A stretch of DNA of 64,000 bases from Octopus sinensis (GCF_006345805.1 NC_043007.1:62124001-62188000), one strand, 5' to 3'; counted from the first letter of the stretch, positions 42,240 to 56,706 are shown. A program made the numbers and translations. Notes: generated by a model not told the origin, from the sequence alone.

Positions 42240-43669
42240 TAACTATGGTTTCGCGTGACTTCGAGTGACTCGGTTCAAGTTACAGATCTAGTGGGCGTTT
42301 ATATCTTAAGCCGCATATGGAGTGAGTTTCTGGAAATAGGGGATGTATTTACCATCCATAATTGTAACACTGGCATATTAAAGAAGTATAGGAAGCAAAT
42401 AACAAAACTCTTTAAACGATCAGGACATAAGATATCAATAGAAATGGAGTATAGTAAGGTTAATTTTCTGGATTCCACACTCGACCTTAGAACAGGACTG
42501 CACTACCCGTTCCATAAGCAAAACGAGAACCTAAAGTATGTTAGTAGAGGTTCTAACCATCTGAAAAACACCATAAACTCTATCCCCATGGGGTTCTCAG
42601 CTACAATATCTAGGTTGTCGACTAATTGTGACATATTTAATAGACACGTAGGTTACTACAACATGACATTAACGGAGGCTGGCTATAGTTGGAAAATGAA
42701 ATATACCCCTCAGTGCGATTCATATATGAAAAAGGATATCACTTCACCTACATGGCATAACTACCAACCGGAAGAGTAACGGTGAAGTGATAATAAATAA
42801 TAAGAGTAAATAGATGCAAGAAGAAATTAAGCACAAATATTAACCTCACGGTAGGGCTGCCAGAGGGCGGGACGCTCCTAATAGTTAGCAAAACTAGCCA
42901 GATAATGGAACATAAACGAAAGGATAGACTAGCGGATAAGATTTTAGTAAGCAAACAAAAATGACGACCACCACTGAACGATAGCCAAATTAGGAAGAGG
43001 GAGACACTTGAATTAAGGATCTAGAGTTAAGGATCTAGATGGAAATGAAGGTAGTCATAATGACAACATAGATCAGAATAAACGTAAACCGAAAAATCCA
43101 GGGAGAAAAAAAAGCGTAAGATAGATTACCGCAACACGGAAACTATTTGGTTCAATGCACCATTGGAGGTCCAAATCGATACTAATATTCCCAGGAAATT
43201 ATTCGCAACCCTAGACAAATATTTCCCTCCCTCGAGTCGATATGGGAAATTGTTTAACCGACACTCCGTAAGATTTGCCTATTCCACTACTAGAAACCTT
43301 GCTCAAATTATAGCGTCCCACAACACCCGTAGATTAAGAGAATTAGAAAACTTAAATTTGACAGACCTAGATCGGAACAGAATATGTAATAAAAACAGGA
43401 ACATGGAGGATTGTATGAATATTACTAGTGTTAGGAATACCTATAACTATATTAGGAATAATAGCGATTGTAGAAAACATATTAGATATAACGCTAGTAG
43501 TAACGAGGGTAACGAATCGATTAGAACAAGCAATGAGAGGGGCGATGGTGAGCATGGTGTGCGTGGAGGTCGTGATCGCATGAGAAATGCAAATGATAAG
43601 AGCATAGAAAATAATGGAAAGGAAATAGACATCAAGGCTAATGTTAAGACGAATAGAGAGGACAATATA
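42240..43669 (+). mobile_element. Penelope-like retroelement fragment
   Basis: VNFLDSTLDL...YVSRGSNH...SRLSTN and IWFNAP...LDKYFP...LFNRHSVRFAYSTTRNLAQIIASHN, typical of the PLE RT C-terminus and linker. Interrupted by a mariner. Confidence 0.75.
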
Positions 43670-44948
43670 TTAGGTTGTCAAGAAAGTTCTAGCGGTTTTT
43701 AACTTTTAAATTCAGATGCACATATCTCGGCTCAAACAAAACTTTATTAATCGAAATAAACACCATCAGGATCAACACACTTTTGCCAACGTGAAACAGG
43801 TTTATTTATGCCAGTAGCGTAAAAACCCTGCATTTTAGTGGTGATGAAGTCGTTGAAGGCGTGTTTGGCTTCGTCTTGGTTTTTGAAGCATTTCTGACGC
43901 AGGAAGTTATCGAGAATCTTGAAAAAGTGGTAGTCGGTAGGCGAGAGGTCTGGTGAGTATGGCGGATGAGGCAGAGTTTCGTAGCCCAATTCGTTCAACT
44001 TCTGCAGGGTCAGTTGTGCGATGTGCGGCCAAGCGTTGTCGTGGAGAAGAATTGGTCCTTTTCTATTGACCAATGCTGGCTGTCGTTGTCGGAGTTTCTT
44101 ATGTATTTCATTCATTTGCTGACAGTACTTCTCCGCTGTAATGGCTTCGCCTGGATCCCAAAAGCTGTGATGGATGAGACCGGCCGTAGACCACCAGTCA
44201 CCATGACCTTTTCTTTTCAACTTTGGCTTCGAGAAGTACCGTGGAACTTCGTCGGCGTCCAACCACTGAGCTAAGCGTCGCCGGTTGTCGTAAAGAATCC
44301 ACTTTTCATCGCAAGTCACAATCCTGTCGAGAAACGGATCGTTCTTGTTGCGTAAAAGAAGGAAAAACGACACTTCGAAACGGCGTTTTATTTGGTTGTC
44401 GTTCAATTTGTGCAGCACCCATTTCTCAAGTATCTTTGTTTTTCCAATCCCTTTCAAGTGGTTGGAAATTGTCGTATACATTACGTCTAATTCAGAAACA
44501 AGCCCCGAACAGTTGTGCGTGGATTGGCTTCCTCTAAGGCTCTTAGTTGATCGTAGTCAACATCCTATGGCCGACCACTACGGTTATCATCTTCATGACT
44601 CTCGTCACCGCTACGAAATTTCTTGAACCACCATTGTGCTGTACGTTTATTAGTGGTTCCTGGGCTAAACGCATCGTTGATATCGCGAGCTTTTCAGCAG
44701 GTTTTCGGTCTAGCTTGAACTGAAATAAGAAAATTGTGCGAATTTGCTTTTTGTCCATGTTGTATTCAACGTTCCGGAAAAAAATGGCCTAATTATTCAA
44801 AAAGAAAAAGAGTAACACAATTAGATAGAACGAAAAACGGGCTTTAAAATGCTATATAAAGTCAAAGTAATTTAACGAAACTTAATTTGAAAAAACATAA
44901 TTTAAAACCAAAGTTTAAAATTCCGCAAGAACCTTCTTGACAACTTAA
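43670..44948 (-). mobile_element. Mariner transposon (DD34D) with frameshifted transposase at 43747-44758
   Basis: TIRs TTAGGTTGTCAAGAAAGTTCT / AGAACCTTCTTGACAACTTAA with TA flanks. WVLHKL, TCDEKW, HDNA, HPPYSPDLSPTDY. Confidence 0.92.
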
Positions 44949-45084
44949 TAAATAGAAATGGCACTATAAATGACATGAACAGCGGCAGGGGCGGTGATGG
45001 TGATGATGACAAGAGTAACAATAATAAGGATGGTAATTGCAACGGTAATGATGATGATGATGATGATAATAACATCAACAACAA

Positions 45085-45400
45085 CAAGATATGCAATAAG
45101 GAAGAAAGAAAAGTTGAGAGATATGACAGGTTAGCTTGAGAAGTTAAGCAGTTGTGGTCGATGAAAAAAGTAATAGTAGTACCAATAATTGTCGGAGCCC
45201 TAGGAACAGTGAGCAAAAATCTCGAGAAGTACGTGGAACAAATAGGGGCTGCAATAAGGGTGGAGCACTTGCAGAAAACAGCACTGCTTGGAACCGCTCG
45301 AATACTCCAGAAGGTACTCGAAAAGTAAAAGGAGTTACCTTAGTTCACTGGTACTGAACAGATGACACTGTAGTACATCTCAAGCGTTAGAAGCTAAGCA
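45085..45400 (+). mobile_element. R4/Dong-like retrotransposon 3' end
   Basis: KVIVVPIIVGALGTV...LQKTALLGTARILQKVLEK followed by (AAT)n. Confidence 0.75.
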
Positions 45401-45441
45401 AAGGCAACAACAATAATAATAATAATAACAATAATAATAAC

Positions 45442-45517
<76 letters not shown>

Positions 45518-45523
45518 TAATAA

Positions 45524-46309
45524 CCCGGAACTACCAGGCCAATGTGATGAAAAATGGAGCAGACCCAAAATGCCGATTCTGCAACGACATGATTGAAACA
45601 GTGGACCACCTAATCTCTGGATGTAAAGTCTTAGCACCAGTGGAGTATAAATTAAGACATGACAGAGTTGGCCAATATCTCCACTGGCTAATAAGTCGGC
45701 ATTACAATATCAAAACTGCTGACAAGTGGTATAATCACCACCCTGAGGCTGTAACTGAAGGAGAAAATGTAACCATTCTGTGGGACTTTCCAGTACATAC
45801 AGACCGAACCATCAAGGCCAATAAACCAGATATTGTTGTGAAAGACCAAAACAATAAAGTTTGCTTATTGATCGACATGAGCATCCCCTGTGATCATAAT
45901 ATCTCAGCGAAAGAGTTTGACAAGCTCAGAAAATATAAAGACCTACTCATTGAAATTGAGAAAATGTGGCATCTCAAGGCGGTTACAATACCAGTGATCG
46001 TAGGAGTACTAGGAATGATCAAGAAGGGAACCGAAAATTATATGAGAATGATCCCTGGCTTACCATCCCTGCAAGAAGTGCAAAAGATTGTCTTAACTGG
46101 TACATCACACGTATTGAGAAGAGCATTGTCGATGTGAGAACTGTTGCTGCTCATGTATTTTAATTTAACTTTAAAAAACAATTTTTTTTAAATGAACGAA
46201 CTATTGAGTTTGGTTTAATGGCCTACCAATGTATACTATGAGTTTCTTTGCCCTAGGGGTCGGGAAGACACTCGGCAAGAAATGGAAGCAAATTTGAAAG
46301 AAGAAAAAA

Positions 46310-46310
<1 letters not shown>
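45524..46310 (+). mobile_element. R4/Dong-like retrotransposon 3' fragment with intact CCHC and RLE endonuclease ORF (45544-46137)
   Basis: CRFC...ETVDHLISGC, RHD, ILWD, KPDIVV...LIDMSIP, KLRKYKDL. Confidence 0.88.
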
Positions 46311-46342
<32 letters not shown>

Positions 46343-46345
<3 letters not shown>

Positions 46346-46620
46346 GTGGAATCTGAAAACAGAAACAATTCCTATCATAGTAGGTGCATTAGGCATGTTA
46401 AAAAAATATTCAGACAAATACATAACAAAAACACCAGGACTTACAAACACATATAACATACAGAAAATTGCACTACTAGGCACTGCACACATCCTACGCA
46501 GAACACTTTCCATACAATAACCATCAGAGCATCACAACAAATCACAGCACATACCCAAGGCACACAGAGCTGCGCTCGGTAGTGAAGTGAAAGCACGCTA
46601 TAAAAATAAAACTACTGAAT
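46343..46620 (+). mobile_element. R4/Dong-like retrotransposon extreme 3' end
   Basis: MWNLKTETIPIIVGALGM...IQKIALLGTAHILRRTL, flanked by (TAA)n. Confidence 0.75.
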
Positions 46621-46688
46621 AATAATAATAATAATAATAATATAATAATAATAATAATAATAATAATAAAATAATAATAATAATAATA

Positions 46689-46752
<64 letters not shown>

Positions 46753-46755
<3 letters not shown>

Positions 46756-48290
46756 GGGTATCATCTGGGAAGAGGTAGGGAAAAAGTGGACCACTTGCTA
46801 TTCATGGACGACTTGAAGCTATTCACAAAAGCTGAGGCAGAACTGGACAGCTTAGTCCAGTCTGTGCGGATTTTCTCCAATTATATTAAGATGGAGTTTG
46901 GACTCTCAAAATGTGCTACGATGGTGATGAGACGAAGAAAGCTTGTTAATACAGAAGGCATATCGTTGCCAAATGGTGAAATGATGAAGGCAATTCAACT
47001 AAAATCCATTTATAAATGCCTGGGAATACTTGAGGCAGATGGAATCAAACACCATGACATGAAGGAAAAGACAAAAAGAGAGTACTTGCGGTGAGAGAGG
47101 AAAATATTGGCTTCGAGTCTGAATGCCAGAAACATAATTTCGGCAATAAGCTCGTGCGTAGTCGCAGTAGTTCGGTATGGCAATAGAATCCTGAAGTGGA
47201 CAGAGGAGGAGGTAAAGGAGATGGACAAGAAGCCAAGAAATCTAACTATGCATGGAGCCCATCATCGACGTGCAGACACTGATCGCCTGTACATGAAGAG
47301 AGCAAGTGGAGGAGAGCTTAATGAGATACCTATCCCAAAGTAATGAAACCTTGCTAGTGACAGTTAGGAACAAGGGAGTATTGAGAGCAGAGAAAAAGGG
47401 AAAACAAAGGAAGAAGTACAAAAAGGACATGAAGAAGAATTACGCAAGAAGGGACTACACAATCAATTCCATGTAGCCACAACAGAAGCTGCTGAAAAAA
47501 ACAGGTGGGATTGGTTGAAGAAAGGAACCCTGAAAAAAAGAGATCGAGAGCACTCTACTGGCATCGCAAGACCAATCTTTGGCCACGAACTAGAAGGTCA
47601 ACCTTAGGAATGAGCAAGTGTCTCTCTGTGCTGCATCTGCAATAGAGTGGATGAAACCATTGCCCATATCATGAACGAATGCCCTAGACTTGCCAAAACC
47701 ACTACAAGTTGTGGCAACATGACCAGGTATCGAAAGTGTTACACTGGAAAATGTACGAAAAGTGGGGGCTAGAGAGAGGCAAGACATGGTATGAGTACAA
47801 ACCGCAGAGAGTGGCAGAGTCGGAGACGAACAAAATCCTCTGGGATTTCCCAATCCAAACAGATCAGGTGCTTGAGCATAACAGACCGGACCTAGTGGTG
47901 GTGGACAAGGTGCACCACATACGCTATATAGTTGATGTTGCGTGCCACTTTGACTCATGAATAGTCAAGAAGGAAGGCGAAAAGGTAGATAGATACAACC
48001 CTCTTAAGTACGAAATAACCCGGCTTTGGAAAATGATGAAGGTGAAGATGGTGCCAATTATTGTTGGGTCCTTGAGAACAGCATCAAATAGCATCAAGAG
48101 AAATATAAAAGAAATTGGAATGGAGTACTCAGTAGAACTGTTACAAAAGGTTTGCCTCCTTGGCATGACCAGAATAAACAAAGAAGTATTAGATAGCTGA
48201 AAAGAACGAATAGCATGGTACCGTAGGCTGCATGTAGCAAGCCCGCTACGCATGCAAGGCTCCAGGAGTTCCAACAAAACTTGTGATAAA
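46753..48290 (+). mobile_element. R4/Dong-like retrotransposon, RT plus RLE, decayed
   Basis: HLLFMDDLKLF, MEFGLSKCA, LGILEADGI, ILWDFPIQTD...HNRPDLVVVD. Confidence 0.85.
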
Positions 48291-48649
48291 GAGAAAGTAA
48301 TAATGATGGTAATGATAACGATAGTAACGACAATAGTGATAATAGGAAGGACAGGGTCGGTTGTAACTGTAGAGGGGATAGGGAATGTGTTTTAAATAAA
48401 TCATGTTTAGAAAGGAACATAGTATATGAATGTGCAGCAGTAAGCCGGAACAAAATTTACAATTATATAGGATGCTGTGCCACGACATTTAAGCTCCGAT
48501 ATTCTTTTCTACGCTAGGCATAAGGCCTGAAATTTCGGGGGAGGGGGTCAGTCGATTAGATCGACCCCAGTACGTAACTGGTACTTAATTTAGCGACCCC
48601 GAAAGGATGAAAGGCAAAGTTGACCTCGGCGAAATTTGAATTGCTACCT

Positions 48650-50345
48650 GGAATGTCATACAGCTAGCTATTCCATAGGTTCTTCCAATCTGTTTGGTTC
48701 ATTTTTTACGAATCTCTTCTTCAATTGATTTCTGTCTTTTTTAATACCTTTTCTGATTTTAATTCCGTACATCATTTTCCCTACGTAATTTGTAATTTTT
48801 CCTTCTTCCCAGAATTGTTCTCTGTTTTTATACGACCTCATGTATCGCCAATTTTGAAAAATTTTGGATTTTCTTTCCTGGTACTTTTTCTTTCCTCGCC
48901 GGGTAACAGTTTATCAAAAACTGATTTCACCTCCTCGCGAACATCAGTTCTGCTGGTGAGCTTCCTACTGGTGTATTGGGGTTCGGTGTCACCCGTATAC
49001 GCTAAGGAATTGCGACAGAACGACTTCGTCTGTGATTTCCTTGTTTACTTTTCTCAAAGCTCTTTTAAAAATGTCCACAAAACGCTCTGACTGTCCATTT
49101 GATCTGGGATGGTAAGGCGCTATCGTTTTTATGTTCTACTGTGAACATATCGCAGAATTTTCTAAATTTATTGGACACAAATTGTGTTCCATTATCACGT
49201 CTGGAATGCCAAATCTTGCGAATAATTCGTGCAAAAAAATTATTACCGTTTCGGAGGTTGGTCTTTTGGACTTAAAAATTTGCGGCCATTTTATAAAACT
49301 GTCAATTACTACTAAGTAATAATAACCATTTAACGGGCCCACAAAATCGATATGTAGTCTTGACCATGGAGTTTTTACTTCTGGCCAAGGCTTCCAATTT
49401 TGAGTTGGCAATTTCGCTGCCAGAGCACATCTTCTGCAGCCTTATATTATGTTTTCAACTTCCTTGTCTATCTTCGGCCAATACACATAACTGTGCATAA
49501 GCGCTTTCATCCTTGCAATCCCCGGATGTCCAATATGGAATTCTTTCGACATTTTTTTTTGTAAAGTCTCAGGTATAACTACCCTTCGGCCATACATCAG
49601 TACGCTGCCGAATGCTGAATATATGTTTACCTATTGCTGTTTTTTTAACCGAACCTATTTTTGTTTTCTTTGGCTCATCACAGTTTGTTTGTTTTTTTTT
49701 TGTTTCATGAATGAACTTATCTTTTGACGCATATCACTTTATCTCCTCCAGAGTTATTACTAACTCTCGTACAATATTCCACATAATATGTTTAATTTCC
49801 TCTTCGGCTCTTAGGGCTGCTATTACTGTGTCCTCGAATGGTTCGCCATTTCTGGGTATCAACCTGGATAGGCTTTCAGCATGTCCTAGCTTTTTCAAAG
49901 GTAAATATTCCATTGCGTAGTCGTAGTTTAGTAGTATGGTGCCCCATCTCTGCAACCTGTTTGCTGTATGTACTGGGATTCCTTTCTTGGATACATAAAT
50001 CTTTAGCAACGGGTGATGGTCTGTTTGTAGTCTAAACCGTCTACCATGTATAAACCTGTAGAACTTATATAGAACAAATATAATCGCAAATGCCTCTTTT
50101 TCAATTTGGCTATAATTTTTTCCGCTGGCAATAGCATCCTTGATGCGTGATCTATGACTTTTGGCTACCATGTTCACTTTTGTATAGGAGTACGGTACCT
50201 ATCCCCTTCTCATTAACATATGTTGGCATTATCATTTCCAACTTCGGATCGAAGTGTGTAAGTGACAAGTCTGAAGTTAACATGCTTTTTAGTTCCTCAA
50301 ATCCTTTCTGACATTTTTTTTTTACTAAAACCATTTGGTATCCTT
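48650..50345 (-). mobile_element. Ty3/Gypsy LTR retrotransposon pol fragment (RNase H and integrase)
   Basis: NYSQIEKEAFAIIF, FRLQTDHHPL, RLQRW, HIGHPG, WSRLHIDFVGP, FARFGIPD. Confidence 0.85.
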
Positions 50346-51093
50346 TTTTAACAGCTCCACTACTGTTCTGACCTCGTCTACAGACTTCATATTTTTTACG
50401 TCCAAATTATTTTGAAGACTGCGGAAGAAATGATAATCAGATGGGACAATGTCCGGCTATTATGGTTGGTGGGACATCGTTTCCCATTGAAATCGCTCCA
50501 ACCTTTAGAATGCCATCCTCGCTGTATGTGGCCGAGCATTATCCTGATGGAAGAACACCTTTCGTCTTGAAACCAAAGATGATCGTTTTTCTTCTGGCGC
50601 TGGTATCGATGAATGGTTGAATGACCAAATCCAAGCTTCTCTGATAGCTCCTCAACAGTTACGATGGGATTTGTTCCACCGGGATTTGCAGGATGTTCTC
50701 ATCGAGCTCTACAGATCTTCCAGGGTGAGGCTCGTCTTCTAGGCTGTAGTTTCCAGTTCGGAATTTCTGGAACCACAGCTGAGACTGGGTTACGCTTATT
50801 GTCCGATCTCCATATACTGCATTAGTAACCCTAGCACTTTCCATTGCATTCTTGCCTTTATTGAACTCATAAAGCAAAATATGCCGAATATGCTCTTTTG
50901 TCACTTCCACTATAGATTTGAAAAGATAATTGTTAAAATTGAACGGCACTCTTCAAAACTTGCACTAAGAATAAAGACAAGGTAAAATTACTACCTGTTT
51001 TTATAGCAAGTTGATGCGGGTAGTTTATCCCCTCCCCCTTCGACTTTTAGTTCATACAATTGAAAAAACCGCATTACTTATGGGATACCCCAA
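50345..51093 (-). mobile_element. Internally deleted mariner
   Basis: HIRHILLYEFNKG...WFQKFRTGNYSLEDEPHPGR; DNARPH and PDIVPSDYHFF remnants; TIR-like end at ~51065-51093. Confidence 0.8.
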
Positions 51094-51269
51094 TATATAT
51101 ATAAGCAGCTTGTTTTATTTTAATATAGATGTGACTAATTCGGAGAAACATTACTTTCATTATTCACACATCGCCACTCTCGTAATGCAGAACTTTGTAA
51201 TTTTGGTTGAAATTGAAAGTGTGAAACTCTCACCGTGCTCTTCATTTAGATTGCCAAGATACCCCGGGA

Positions 51270-51700
51270 AATAGTCGAGTGAAGAAAGTGAATTGTAGCA
51301 CTCATGTTGCACCCAAGCTTTTTGAAGTTTTACATCATGGTATCAACTATGACTTTGTAATTGAACACTTATTGTTTCCAAAAACGTTCTCGACAACACA
51401 TCTGAAGCTCACCCATGCCTGTTTTTGAGATCCATTCATGGATTTTTCATAATCTGGACAAAAAAATATTCCTGCTTTAATTTTCTCACTGGTTATATTT
51501 GGAAATTTGTTTTGAGAGATACTGCAAACATAATCCATCTGCAGGCAAAGATGTAACAAACTGTTTCATCATACTTAGATTGATGTGCAAAGATGATCGC
51601 AGTAATTTTGTAGGTTCAATCAAGAGCTCGTGCAGAATGTTTTTTTTTTTTTTATTCAGGTGACAATTGTCTCCTTTGTGGCCAGTTTTTAACCACCCAG
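51270..51700 (-). mobile_element. Fragment of a widespread invertebrate transposon-associated protein
   Basis: LHINLSMMKQFV, FPNITSEKIKAGIF, AWVSFRCVVENVFGNNK. An N-terminal-like piece (MPRNCINIVNNFRYIC) lies at 55867. Confidence 0.55.
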
Positions 51701-53539
51701 TGCTTTTCTTCATGTATGTGTGTGTGTATGGGTTCGCTTCGTATGTATCCATACCTTTTATATAGTTTTATTTATTATTTTATCTATCTCTGTCTTACAT
51801 TTATCACAAGAATATGGCAGATATATTTATATATTTATTTATTTAGCTATTTATATATTAATTTATTTACTTATCTTTTATACATCTATTTCTATTTCCC
51901 ATAAGTGTCACAGATAAGTGCATATATATCTCTGTGTGTATTACCCTATAAATTTCTGTGTATTATTTACGGGTTTTTTCTTTTCTCTTTCCCTCTCTCT
52001 TCACATCCCTACTGTCTTTAGTCATGTGGTGCGGTGGTGGGTGTTATTGTTTGATTCATGTTTTCTGTTAAGGCTCGGTTTGTCTACTGTTATGTGTGTA
52101 GCGGCTGTAATCTGTCTAAGAGTCGAAATGCAACGATATCTGTTTCAACACACGATTTCAGATCAGAAAAGTTGCAAAACGAATCGATAACCGTATATAA
52201 TAATATAAATAATATATATATGCATTTATACATACATATATGTACATACTTACATATATATGTATATACATATGCATATGTGGGCACAGGACGTCACAGA
52301 ACGTAAACAAATGAAAAATGAAAACAACATGCAATACGAAATGCAAATACATAGAATATGAACTTTTTGAGAACAACAAAAGAAACATGGAAAACAAGAC
52401 AAGCAGCATAAAGAACGGCCCTTCATCAGTTATCGGCTGATTTTCTAATCCGTATTTCGAGCAATTCGCGACAAGATACGCCTTCGATAAAGCAGTTGCT
52501 CCCGCAAAGCAAATTAAATAAAATTTGGGATTTTGCGGAGGGTCAAAATTGGTAATAAGAGCAGGACAGAGATCTTTACCTTTTGACCGGCAGATTTAGA
52601 AAATAATTTTTTTGTAACTAAACACTTTCAAACTTCGGACACTGGTAGAATGTCATATAAAACATCTTTTACTCCTAGCGTTTTTGAGAAAAGTTTATAT
52701 TTACGAAGTTATTTCGTGTTAAAGTAGTCGTATTTCGGTAATTTCAACCAATCAATAACATGTATTCAGCTGAATAAAATTACTGCCGTTGTTTGTCAAC
52801 AACAACTTCCGGCGGTGTATATTTCGTTTGTCACTGTTATTTATGACATATTTCATCTCAGTTACGTTTGTATGTATAAACGAGTGTATCTGAAACATGT
52901 GTACTTCATGGCACCACCAAAATCGTTCATGCATTTCTACTGCTTTTAGTTTTTTTTTCTGTTTTCAGCTACTATTTTCGGAAAGATTTTTTTGCCCCCT
53001 ACCCCTACCCCTCCAATTTCTTCATTTTTTTTCCGTAACTCTAACCCTAAAACTTTAACTTTAGCAAACAAACAATACTGACTCGCCTAGTTCAAATTGA
53101 TAAAGTGAAAAAGTTGGATAAGTGGGTTCCGCATGAACTCAAGGAAAATCAGAAACAGCAATTGTCTTCGCTACAACATCATGTTTCATCGGTAGATTAT
53201 ACGCGATGACATTTTTGGACAAGTGATTATGATGTGGGTAATATCTTCGGTGTTAACTCCACAAAGTCTGCGTCAGTTATCATATTTTGGTATTTTTCCT
53301 GTGTCTCTGTCCCTTTTGTACATTAGGTATTTGGTTGCCGTATCCTGTTTCTGGATTGCAAACGCAACCCTTCAAAGCCAGAGTTTGTGATCCAATTGTT
53401 GGTCCATGACAAACTATTTTCATATTCAATGTTACTGTTATCCTTGAGCTATTTGCTAACATATCCATGCATGGTCTTCTGATGATATGCACTCACCCTT
53501 TCATTTGATACGTTGCAGTAGAGTCGTGTGACTTCTTTG

Positions 53540-54340
53540 GGCATATGTTCAAGGTTATCAGACAAGGAATGCTGCTCAAGGAGCTGCTTTCCAAGTTTCA
53601 TGAAGTTATCTGCTTCGTGTATGCAAACTTGGTCAAGGGATTCACTTCAACACTTGCTGATTAAAAGATATTGCCGATGGGATATGATATGATATTCAAA
53701 GGCAACCTGGATCAATGTTAAGCCTCTTCCTCCCTTTTTTTGTGGAGGCGGACCACGTCGCTGTTGATATGAAAATTATTTGTGCTAGGCAATATTTTCC
53801 GGGTTTTCACATCATATGTCCAATCAAGTAGCCCAAATGTTGTTATGAGTACTGGTACTGCAAATACATTGTAGTGAGTTTCAAGGTCCATATTTTTCTT
53901 AACTTTTTATATTCTTTAGTGACATGTGCCTTGCTACAGGTATCATCGTAAGATGTGTTTTCGTCAACTCCTAGGTACCTGTAACATTCCTCATCAAATA
54001 TATTAGAAACAGTAAAGTCATCAATGGAGATGTTGATAATCTGGTTTACAGTTTTCCCTCTTTTTACAACTATATAGCAATATTTATCTAGACCAAACTC
54101 CAACCCTATGTCATTTGAGAATGATGTAACCAGGTCAAGGCATTTTTCATCTCATGTATATTCTTGGCATACAATTTCAAGTATCCACAAAGAAGCAGTT
54201 TGTAATGTTCATTGTTTCCTTGTGAACCAGTGAAATACCGTTCATATTTCCACAACATAAATGACAAGGGGCTTACTGAAAGTATGAATAGTAACACAGA
54301 CAGGCAGTCCCTTTGAAACATACTTCTGTGATACTGCATT
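53540..54340 (-). mobile_element. Decayed RLE-clade non-LTR RT fragment
   Basis: FQRDCLSVLLF, LKLYAKN, MEFGLDK, YRYLGVDE. Confidence 0.7.
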
Positions 54341-54689
54341 TTAAGCTAGCTCCTGTGGAGGGCTCTTTATTAGGCCTTTGGCCCAACAATGACATTTCAT
54401 GCATTGAGTACATATTAAATTTTATTAAACTTGAACAATAGCTTTCAAGCAACGAACCATTTTCATCAAAACAATGATATAATTTGTCGACTTGGAACTT
54501 ACTGCAAAGCTGCATGATAAACAACAGTACCACCACTATCGCCACCGCATCTGCCATACACACACTATTCAGATTTCTGACGCCCCCACCATCAATACCT
54601 TTGACTTCGCCCCCTTCTCCTCTACCACCATCACCACTGTCTTTCACATCGCTTACCTGTATCATCTTACTGATTCTTTTGTCTCTTCA

Positions 54690-54856
54690 TTGATTGTATG
54701 TTTTTATTATTTTTAAAAAAATTTATGTCTGCATGTGTTTACTTTATGCACATTTCAGTATTATGTATACCTGTCATGTATTTGTGTACATCATTAATAT
54801 ACAAGTGCATGTAGATGTACGTATTCCTATATAAGTTTATATGTACATTTATGCAT

Positions 54857-54889
<33 letters not shown>

Positions 54890-56240
54890 TCCAAAACTCC
54901 AAAGTTGAATAACGTTTTCATACTTGGATTTGTAAACTACGATAATGTAGCAATAACCATTTTAGCCATTTTGAAATGTGGCGCGAATTGGCAATATTCT
55001 TTGCCGAAGAATTATCATTTTCGTTTTTTCCCATTGGTTAATATAACTGCTCATATAAAGATTCTAAAAGTTTCGTAAAGAATATTTGTCCTGAATTTCG
55101 ATTCTTTTTAGTCAAGTTGAGCAGTTATAAAAACCCGGGATTTGGGGAAAAATTTTAGTGTTTGTTGGAAGTCACTCAACTCCATGACACTCACTCTTTT
55201 GAGACATCGGTAATTTTCATGCCATGTCTAGAGTTAATCACAAATCTATTTTGATTTGTAGGTTAAATTATTAGTTAGAAAAGAAGAAATTAGTTAATGA
55301 ATTCATAGTCGTTCTTCTTCACGACAAAGTTCTTTCCTACTGTAAATAAGATAAAATGTTATATTTATATAATAAAAACTAATTAAAAGAAAATGTTTCT
55401 CTTCACGTTTGTTTTTCAACTGAGCATAAATAAATATGCATTTCTGTAATCTTTAATTTATGTTTCTTATAGCGGTTTAAAAGGACACGAAGAAAATATA
55501 CATACATGTCATTAATATAGCGTTTCATGCGTATATGTCTCTATGACGTTATAACTGTAGTTAGGGTTTTAGGTATAATGATAACACTTTAGTATAAGTG
55601 ACGTTGAATCATTATATTCTCCCTTACTCAGAGAAAAGCCAAATAAAATAATATAACCTAAGAGAAAGCTTAAGGCAGAATAACCGAAAACCGCCGTAAG
55701 AATAACACTGGTCAACAAAGAATTTGTCCCAAGAAAAAGAAGTGTAAAGCTAACGGTTTAAGAAATACTCCTAATGTTTATGAATAGAATTAATTTAGTG
55801 AAATCATAAATCCAGCTGAGTCAATGAGTTCCTGAAGGTTGGTATTACTGTCCATTCACCTTCATAATGCCAAGAAACTGTATAAATATCGTAAACAATT
55901 TTCGCTATATTTGCAGTGACTTAACATCCAAGTCAAAAAAACGGCGTTTCACGCTATTGATCACGTACGGCAAAGACACAGGTGAAGTGAAACACAACAC
56001 AGCGTGCGGTTGTCATGTTAACAAGCTGCTAATACCACGCTGTCTGTTGAATGGCTAAAATCATCCAAATATCCCAACTTTAACTCCAAGTAACATCAGA
56101 CTTTTAATTTACGAGATAAAGTAATTGGTTGATCGTAATCAAAATTCAAAGTTGCATCGATACACCAAAATTGAAAGCAATCTGAGCAATATTAAAGTGT
56201 GCGTGGGGGGCATTTTGCAAATGAAACTACCTAGATCCGC
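54690..56240. mobile_element. Non-autonomous DNA-transposon-like repeat related to 7820-8560
   Basis: Shared sequence blocks plus a transposon-protein N-terminal remnant at 55867-55965. Confidence 0.5.
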
Positions 56241-56524
56241 ATTCCATCCGTCTTTACGGTCACTCCCTCCCGCAAAATTTTAGGCCTTGTGCTATAGTAA
56301 AAAGGAATATTACAGATTCCTATTTTTATTTGCCAAACAGATAATTTTTTGTTGTTAATAGGGTAGCATCATAAAAAGGAAAACATTTCTTATAAACAAT
56401 ATATATTTGAAAAAAGAGGACACTTTCTGTATTAGTAAACGACATCAACCGCCAACACAACCCTCCTACATGACATAAGGGGCTAGACTGAAAGAAAAAA
56501 AGTTGAATGAGATCGTATACAATA

Positions 56525-56660
56525 CGCGCAGGAGTGGCTATGTGGGATCCGGATTCAGTCCCACTGCGTGGTACCCTGGGCAAGTGTCTTTTACTGTAGC
56601 CTCGGGTCGACCAAAGCCTTGTGAGTGGATTTGATAGACGGAAACCGAAAGAAGCCCGTC

Positions 56661-56661
<1 letters not shown>
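56525..56661 (+). mobile_element. CORE-type SINE (also ~62500-62640 and ~13190-13330)
   Basis: tRNA-like head, CCTGGGCAAGTGTC core, and a GAAAGAAGCCCGTCG end before (TA)n. Confidence 0.6.

Positions 56662-56706
<45 letters not shown>

Noticed and set aside
52405-52475. Possible hammerhead ribozyme (CGAAA and CTGATGA on the minus strand)
   Set aside because: I could not form stems I and III around the core motifs; a covariance-model search would be needed.
52995-53060. Telomere-like CCCTAA/CCCCTA motifs
   Set aside because: Only a few degenerate units inside a repeat; not a telomeric array.
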